Assembly: GCA_946965045.2 (NCBI GenBank)
Contig: OX337229.1
Location: 1,984,001-2,048,000 of the forward strand
Reading direction: 5' to 3'
Source: Epithemia pelagica
Taxonomy: Eukaryota; Protista; Bacillariophyta
DNA: 64,000 nt
A model generated the notes under the pieces. The model was not told where the DNA came from and made no database searches. It saw only the letters and a program-made list of their open reading frames with translations. Positions 56,895 through 64,000 of the stretch are shown here, piece after piece (the stretch's first letter is position 1; each line of letters starts with the position of its first letter). The translations under genes and the position numbers were made by a program.

Positions 56895-57355
56895 TTCAAC
56901 GAGGTAAACTCAGACCTTTTTACACAGCGTTTTTCGTTTTCGGGGTTCTACGATTCCACTTATATGTCCTCTCGCTGGTCGAATTGACAAAGTTGCTGGT
57001 GCGCCACGGATGCAAAAAGGAGAAAAGTGAGAAAGAGAGGAATGATGAAGCACTGACCACAGAATGTAGTAGTGGTCATCCGGAAGGGGTCACGCGCGTG
57101 ACATTCTCAAAACGCAATCCATCCACCCATACGGGGTCCGGGGGACGAAAAATTCCACCACGATAGATAATACTACGCTGTCACGGTGGAATTTTTCGTC
57201 CCCCGGAGCCCATAATGGTGAATGGAGGACGACGAACCCACCCCAATGCATGAATGCCTGGAAGACCTCCATTTCGTACCTTTGGAAGCCTTCATCAGAG
57301 TACGAAACTCCGCTGTGGTCCATCATAAGAATCTTTCTCCGAATTAGCAGAACTC

Positions 57356-59381
57356 ATGTCGCAATCCAAAGACCCATTCCCCATGTCTTCCCCCGAGGCG
57401 GAACGCTTAGCTGCCTCTGTGGAAGGTGGATCGGGTGATGCAACCAACCAATGGAGTAGCATGGCCACCACAACAAAGTCCTCAGGCCCTGAGGCGATCA
57501 TCACTACGAATGAAGGATCGACTGAGGCAGGCCAGACTTTGGTGGAAGGAAAAAGTCGTCAGCGAGAAAGCAACGAAGACGATATTTACGGAAACATAGA
57601 TGACGAAAAGGATGAGGACGATGACGAGGATAACTTCCTGGATCGACCATTATGGGAATCGCGGGGTTCGATAATTGATCGTGCATTGGCTGGCACTCAG
57701 CGGATTCTGTACAAGATATACCGACGATTATATGGAGACGATTTACCAGTTTCAGAGATGTTACGAACATTGTGTATGGCTTCCACTTTACTTTTCATGA
57801 TTGGTGGCTACTGGACGTTGCGTTCATTGAAAGATGCTGTTGTCATGGCTTTGAACGGAGTCGAATATATTCCGATTGCAAAGATGGCATCTGTTGGGGT
57901 TATTCTGTGTGTGGTTCCCATATACAACAGTTTGCTGGACTCGGGAATGCCACGACACCACCTTTTTTATCTCTTCGGATCGGTCTATTTTGGGCTCTTC
58001 TCTTGTATTGGCGTACTGCTCATGCATCCCACTATAGGACTAGCGAACCAGCAATTGAGCCCGTATCGTATCTTGGGTTGGATTTCATACTGTGGCATTG
58101 AGTCCTTCGGATCAGTCATGGTTAGTCTCTATTGGGCATTTGCGAACTCCAACTTCTCTTTGAAAACTGCAAAGGCGTCCTATGGGGTGATGGTTGCCAC
58201 GGGACAAATTGGCAGTATTCTGGGGCCCACCCTAGTAAATGCGCTGTCCGACACATGGGGACCTGCAAAACTGTATGTCTTATAAGAATGAGACTCTTCG
58301 ATTTCCTTGATTGTGATGATCGTGTCTCACCTTTGTATGGTATCACTTAATGTTCAGGTATTTGCTCGGATCTCTCTGTATGCTTCTATTGCAGGTGACA
58401 ATCTATATGTACGTATCAATCTATGGCAGTGCTGAGAGGAATGCGTCAGGTAGTGACGCTCCGAAAAAGAAAGAGAGCGCCGGAATCTTGGAAGGAGTCT
58501 TCCTTTTCATCAAGCACCATTACGTCAAAGGTATATTTGCAATCAGTTGTCTTTTCATGGTGGAAGTAACTATTGTCGATTACACAATGAAAGTGTTGGC
58601 CCAGAATCATTTTGCTCAGGAACATCCTTGTGAGATAGGCATGTCGTGCTACGATCCCGAAGAAGGTAACCATGGAATGTCAGAGGCCGCGACCGCCGCA
58701 GTGACGCGCTTTCTGGGCTTATTTGGACAAGCCACCAATGGGCTTTCGTTTGTCATGAGTCTACTTGGTACTAGCGCTGTCATCCGAATCCTTGGATTGC
58801 GCTTGACCTTGCTTCTCTTTCCCTCGATTTGTTTGTGTGTCATCATAATGGTGCGACTGAACCCAACTCTAAATGTTGTCTTTCTCGCCATGATCTTGCT
58901 GAAAGGCTTCTCATACAGCCTCAACAATCCTACTAAAGAAATGTTGTACCAGCCCACCAGCCAGGCGGTTCGCTACAAGGCAAAAAGTTGGATTGATACG
59001 TTTGGGGCACGGGGTTCAAAAGCAATGGGAAGCGTCGTAACACATTCGTTTTCTAACAGTGCAGCAAACTTGGTCAACAATGGATCTTTGGTAGGAATTG
59101 CCGTTGCTGCCATTTTGATTATCAATGCAACTTTCATGGGAAGAAAGTTTGATGAATACATGGAGTCAGGCTACATTGTTGGTGAAGAATCCACGGGAAT
59201 ATCCGAGGATGGCGGAAGCAATGTTGAGCTTGGGACGGTGCAGAATGATGTAGACGACACAAGCTGTGCTATCGAAGACGATGATGGAGTAGGTCCCGAG
59301 GAAGAGGGACAAGTCGAAGGTGACGAAGGTTCCGGGAGTCCCGCTGAAGAAGGGAATAGTCCGGAGGTGTCACGGGTGTGA
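57356..59381 (+). CDS. TLC/NTT-family nucleotide transporter (intron 58273-58357)
   Basis: [49 protein letters not shown]. Confidence 0.88.
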
Positions 59382-59660
59382 GACATGACAAGAATCGAGC
59401 TCTTGCTGGTTTCGTCTATCGGCATACTCTTTCCTTTCTTCCAAGGTCGGAACCTAGATCACACGGCCTGTCGTCTCTACCGATACCGGCGACGTGACTT
59501 CACGAGATAAAATAGACGACACAAAAGGCGGGGCCTTCGGATTCTCCCTGAAACATCTCCTTTGACGTGAGTCCAGAGTCCACACCACCTTTCGTAGAGA
59601 AGTAATCTAGATGTTTCCTCCGCAGCCACTGTGTCCAGGATGACATGACGCAACGATTCT

Positions 59661-60791
59661 CTACCTCTGTTTAAACACTGCATTGAAAGAGATACCATTC
59701 ATGTCGTCAATGACCGACCGAACCTCTGGAATTGAGGGAATCATGTAGTTGGACGAAATATTCCCTCTTCGAGCATTTGTTGGACGTATTCGGCACGTGA
59801 TCATTCCAATTTCCTTGGCTGCTTTCAGATAGTCATCTCGATCTGACACGAGCAAAATGAGATTGGGATGCAAATTCAATTTTTCCAACGCCTGTTTGAC
59901 TAGAAATTTGGCACCATCACTGCCATCCTTTAACAGAACATCAAAAACGACATCCTTGAGTTGGCGCGTAAAATCCACCATAAGAGCCCCTTCATCTTCT
60001 GTATCCTCCACATATGCTGAACCATTGGACGGTTTGGGAAGTAGGCATATTTTGATGGATCTCTGCGTCATATATTGCAGCAAGCTGCCAGTTCCAGTTT
60101 GCGCTATCCATCGCTTCCCCAAAGTGGACGGTTCGTTGATTGCAATCTTCCGCGCAGCCAAATGGCCACCCGCATCGCCCCGTTTCAGCGTTTCCTCTAC
60201 TTGCTTCTTGGCTAGGTCTACTCCAGAGACTCCACCAAGACCACGTTGGGCCAGTTTATCGGCGTATTTCGACCGTATATCACTCATTATGGAGTGATTC
60301 TTATCTGGAGTAGGTTTCTTTTTTTCAGTCAGAGGTTTCTTTTCGCCAGTGAGTATGGAAAGGTCATCCATCTCATAGGTTTTGTCGCGTTCGGAAGAAG
60401 AATCTCCTCCTAGATTGACCCTCAATAAGCTTGCCACTTGTTGTACTGCATTTGTGTCAGGTAAGACGTTGCCGAGAACGCTACTGGATGCAGATTTTTC
60501 ATCTAACGAGGTCTTTCGAGAGGGGGTGTCGTCTTGCTGTTGCTTTGAAGGATCCGCAACCGCGGAAGTAAGGACATGGAAATCAAAGGCGACTGCCTGT
60601 ACCCGACAATTCTTGCTGGCGTTGATTCGAGCACTCGACTTATCGTTCAGGGCCGATGGTGCCCCACCCATATCAAGCATTCGACCAATGCTGAGACAGC
60701 GAATCGCCGTCGTCGCGTTCCTCCTTCGAAATCCATCGCTTATACTTTGACATGAAAGACTGCTTCTCCAAACCAAACAAGGCAGCGCCAT
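59661..60791 (-). CDS. HAD-like superfamily protein
   Basis: AVAFDF near the N-terminus; ILLVSDRDDYLKAAKEIGMITC at the C-terminus. Confidence 0.55.
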   Translation of the reverse strand: MALPCLVWRSSLSCQSISDGFRRRNATTAIRCLSIGRMLDMGGAPSALNDKSSARINASKNCRVQAVAFDFHVLTSAVADPSKQQQDDTPSRKTSLDEKSASSSVLGNVLPDTNAVQQVASLLRVNLGGDSSSERDKTYEMDDLSILTGEKKPLTEKKKPTPDKNHSIMSDIRSKYADKLAQRGLGGVSGVDLAKKQVEETLKRGDAGGHLAARKIAINEPSTLGKRWIAQTGTGSLLQYMTQRSIKICLLPKPSNGSAYVEDTEDEGALMVDFTRQLKDVVFDVLLKDGSDGAKFLVKQALEKLNLHPNLILLVSDRDDYLKAAKEIGMITCRIRPTNARRGNISSNYMIPSIPEVRSVIDDMNGISFNAVFKQR

Positions 60792-61120
60792 TTGATTCCT
60801 TGTGTCAATCAATCAAAGATCGATGGATGTTGTGCTGCATCATCGTGCAATCCACATCTATCTCCGGGTTATACCGTGGAAAAATCAGCAACGTTGCATA
60901 GGTAGTAGCAGTAGCAGGAGTATGTTAAAAACGCATCAAGAAGGACCCCTCCTCTAGCCGACAGAGAAAGAGACTCAATATGTGATTTCTTACTATGTTG
61001 TCATCCATTTCTACAACGTGAACGTGAAATAGCACAGAAAAAGAAGTGAATTGAATGCAACACCAGCATCAGATCGCCTGCCCCATATCCCTGTTAACAC
61101 GATGACCTGCGTAGCGATTG

Positions 61121-62098
61121 CTACGATTCTTTTGAAGCAGAATCCCCGTCCGCTAGTTTCTTCCACTCCTCCGGAGCGGTGGTGGGTGTCAGCTTCTCGA
61201 AATCTGCAACGGCATCCTCCGATACAACAGCACCAGTTTTTGCTGAAAATATCTTCAGGGTAGGGATGCCACCCTTCACTTCATCCACACCGACGTCCTT
61301 CATTTCTTTCTTCGCACAAGTCTTGAAATGAAGCTTTAACTGCTTGATCTCATCAGTATTTCCAAAAGGAATTGTTGAGAAGACATCTTTACCACCAGAA
61401 GACTCTATGAATTTCTCCATTTCGTCTGCTGTCTCATCACTACTAACGTACACAACACGAATCATCGATGATGAATCATCCACTTTCGTCAAAAGAGAAG
61501 CGATCTTCGGCACCACCGGTTTACAGTCGGGGCACCACCCGGCGGAGAACAGAAGTCCCACTAGCGGAACTTTTGAATCAGTTCCGAAATGGGGGACAAG
61601 TGAAGGGAAATCATCCGGAAAAGACTTTGATCCTGTATCCTTCTCTTCCTGCTTCTTAGAGTCCTTCTCAGCTTCTGCCTTAGATTCTTTTTCTTTGGAT
61701 TCTTCCTTTTCTATATCTTCTCCTTTTTCCTTTTCTGCAGCATCTGTGGACTCCTTCTCTGCTTCTTTGGTCGAACTCTCTTCTTTCATCTCATCCCCTT
61801 TCTCTGCCTCTTTCTCTGGCTTTTCCTCAGTTGCTGTCTTTTTATCTTCTTTCTTTGAGCCCTTTTTCCCTTTCTTAGTAGTCTCCTTTGTCTCCTTCTC
61901 CGGAGCCTCTTCAGGCTCAGGCTCTTTTGAAGGTTTCTTGGGAGATTTACCTTTACCACTCTTTTTAGTCTTTACTTCTTTCTCAGCCTTCTCCTCATCC
62001 TTTTCTGCTTTGGATTTCTTTTTCTTGGGTTCGCTCTCAACGGTTTCTCCACTTTTCAAAGATTGCTCAGCGCGCTTCCGTAAGCGTTCGCTTCTCAT
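61121..62098 (-). CDS. Nucleoredoxin/tryparedoxin-like thioredoxin with K/E-rich N-terminus
   Basis: VGLLFSAGWCPDCK, VVYVSSD, GIPTLKI. Confidence 0.85.
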   Translation of the reverse strand: MRSERLRKRAEQSLKSGETVESEPKKKKSKAEKDEEKAEKEVKTKKSGKGKSPKKPSKEPEPEEAPEKETKETTKKGKKGSKKEDKKTATEEKPEKEAEKGDEMKEESSTKEAEKESTDAAEKEKGEDIEKEESKEKESKAEAEKDSKKQEEKDTGSKSFPDDFPSLVPHFGTDSKVPLVGLLFSAGWCPDCKPVVPKIASLLTKVDDSSSMIRVVYVSSDETADEMEKFIESSGGKDVFSTIPFGNTDEIKQLKLHFKTCAKKEMKDVGVDEVKGGIPTLKIFSAKTGAVVSEDAVADFEKLTPTTAPEEWKKLADGDSASKES

Positions 62099-62969
62099 GG
62101 TGAACAGAAGAGCCTGGACGAGGACAAAAGGAAACAGCTACTACAACTGCCAAGATCTCTCGACAAACTCGAAAGGGATCAACACCAGAGTTCTCTGCGG
62201 GAAAAGTAGCGAATGGAGTCAAAGCATCAACGACGATCTCCTTACTTCTCGCGGATTAGCCCCCGAACCCGAATGATTTTTGAAATGGCGATACTCTTTG
62301 CTCGACAGTGCGACAACTCAAGAAGCACTGCATATCATGTGAGAGACAAACCAAGTCGATCAAAGAGAGAGGACGAAATCTTCCCTCCGATCGCTCATGT
62401 CGCGCCGGCCCTGTCGAAGCTGGCCTATGTGACGTTAAATAGCACTTATAGTAAAGTATTGGGTGTGCAGAGAATGCGAAGATTTTTGGCGTTGTGGTGC
62501 GCGAAAAACTTTAACGTATTTTGTAGGAGATTCAATTCAGGTAAATGAACGTTAACTTATTTAGGAAGGGTGATCGCAGATAAGACCATGTGTACAAGCC
62601 TTCGTACGTAGTACGTCTATTTCGTTTTTGGTTTTTGGCCTAAAGCTACATTATTTAAAACAATGGCCTTACAGTAGCAAGAATAAATACCAAGACAATA
62701 GTCTAACGAGCTGGGACACCCAGGATTTTTGTGGTGATCCACAGTTTTCTGTCTTGTCCGACATCCTACCAATAGTAACTTAACGGTATGATGAACGCCG
62801 TCCGATACGAAATATTTCGTAACACGATTTGAATCATCCGTTGGATGTTGCCAATCGACTTTAACCGCTACTTACACGTTAAATCAAGATATCCTACAGT
62901 TTTTACATATTTATAGTGTATGGATTAGTGTAGAATAATTTTGATTATAGAGTAGAAGTACACTAATAG

Positions 62970-63298
62970 GGTGTGTGGATGTTTGTGGACGTTTGTGGAT
63001 CCACACACATCCACACACATCCACACGCATCCACACACATCCACACACATCCACACACATCCACTGACATCCACTGTGGATTTTTGTGGATATTTGTGGA
63101 TCCACATTTATCCACAAATATCCACATTTATCCACGTGGACGTTTGTGGATCCACATTCATCCACGTGGACGTTTGTGGATCCACAAACGTCCACGTGGA
63201 TCCACATGTGGATTTTTGTGGATTTATGTGGATTTTTGTGGATATTTGTGGTCCACAAATATCCACAAAAATCCACATTCATCCACAATCATCCACAC
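62970..63298. repeat. Array of GTGGA/TCCAC pentamers at ~10-bp period with repeated orientation flips
   Basis: (ATCCACACAC)n, (GTGGATTTTT)n and several GTGGATCCAC / TCCACGTGGA palindromic junctions. Confidence 0.92.
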
Positions 63299-64000
63299 AA
63301 GGCCCGCTGGACCGAAGAGCGACAAGGAACGCACCAGGGGTATTATCCGCAGTATCATCCGGGACAGGCGTCGTATCGTCCCAATCCATTTCGACGCCGG
63401 GGAAGCACCGAAAGTGGAATCCATCGAACCCAATTCTTTGAGGGTCATTTCGAGCCCGTGGACGACACGTCACTGGAATTGTTTGAGTCCGACATTCATT
63501 ACGTCTAAGAAACGGGGGCGCTATTATTGGTGTTTTTATTATTTGTGTGTCTGTTCCTGTGTACCCCGTGCTTTGGTACGGTGGGAATCCATTCCAGTCG
63601 ACGGATTCCGGGGAATATTATTTCTGGACGAGACTCGCTTTGCAACAGTTGCGATGCTCTGTTTCCTTCGCTTTATTTTAGTTTGGACGGTGCATGGCAT
63701 TGGCTCGGCACCCATCACTGTCTACCATGTGTGGTATGTCATCCTTCCTTTGTGGTTGTACAGCTGTCATACCTGTGTAATAATGGTACCAGTGGGTCCA
63801 GGGGATATAATAGGCCATATTGTCTCTGTAGAATCTTAATACTTTTTCATCCTCATGCGTCAAGTGCTTAGTGTTTAAATGATTGGGATGAAGAGTACGT
63901 ATGTCTCTATGAACGAACAGCCCTTTGTCCCACGGTACAAACTGGCATCCTTTCGTCACCTCCGAGTTGGAGCTCACCGCCAACGACAAGTATTCAATCA

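Noticed and set aside
63300-64000. Possible degraded coding sequence on the minus strand
   Set aside because: Several in-frame stops and no recognisable motif; cannot be assigned.
1-64000. tRNA/rRNA genes, and the numerous short antisense ORFs in the track
   Set aside because: No cloverleaf or rRNA signature seen; short ORFs opposite well-supported genes are shadow frames.

Overview
Eukaryotic, gene-dense window with short GT-AG introns. It is most likely a pennate diatom, inferred from ASAFAP-type plastid presequences, the diatom-style GH16 and nucleotide-transporter genes, and compact gene spacing. About 25 protein genes are present, including Mpv17, a METTL21-like methyltransferase, PI-PLC X, YlmG, SEC61A, PanE, MANF, GH16, AKR, MVK, PrxQ, RUS1, MAK16, YbaK, NTT and nucleoredoxin. 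A ~14.7 kb retro/DNA transposon pile-up occupies 29.8-44.5 kb. It contains a Penelope-like element whose 3' pseudo-LTR is split by a piggyBac-type DNA transposon with a non-TTAA (AAAG) target duplication, followed by a two-ORF, A+C-skewed CRE-like RLE retrotransposon next to telomere-type repeats. The most interesting non-TE signals are (i) a UbiA protein carrying both signature motifs of EriG-type terpene cyclases, near mevalonate kinase and IPP isomerase, (ii) an in-frame IPP isomerase / NAD(P)HX-epimerase fusion, and (iii) a stand-alone thymidylate-synthase-fold gene with altered nucleotide-binding residues. All family calls come from motif recognition by eye; no database searches were run. 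No rRNA, tRNA or CRISPR array was found.
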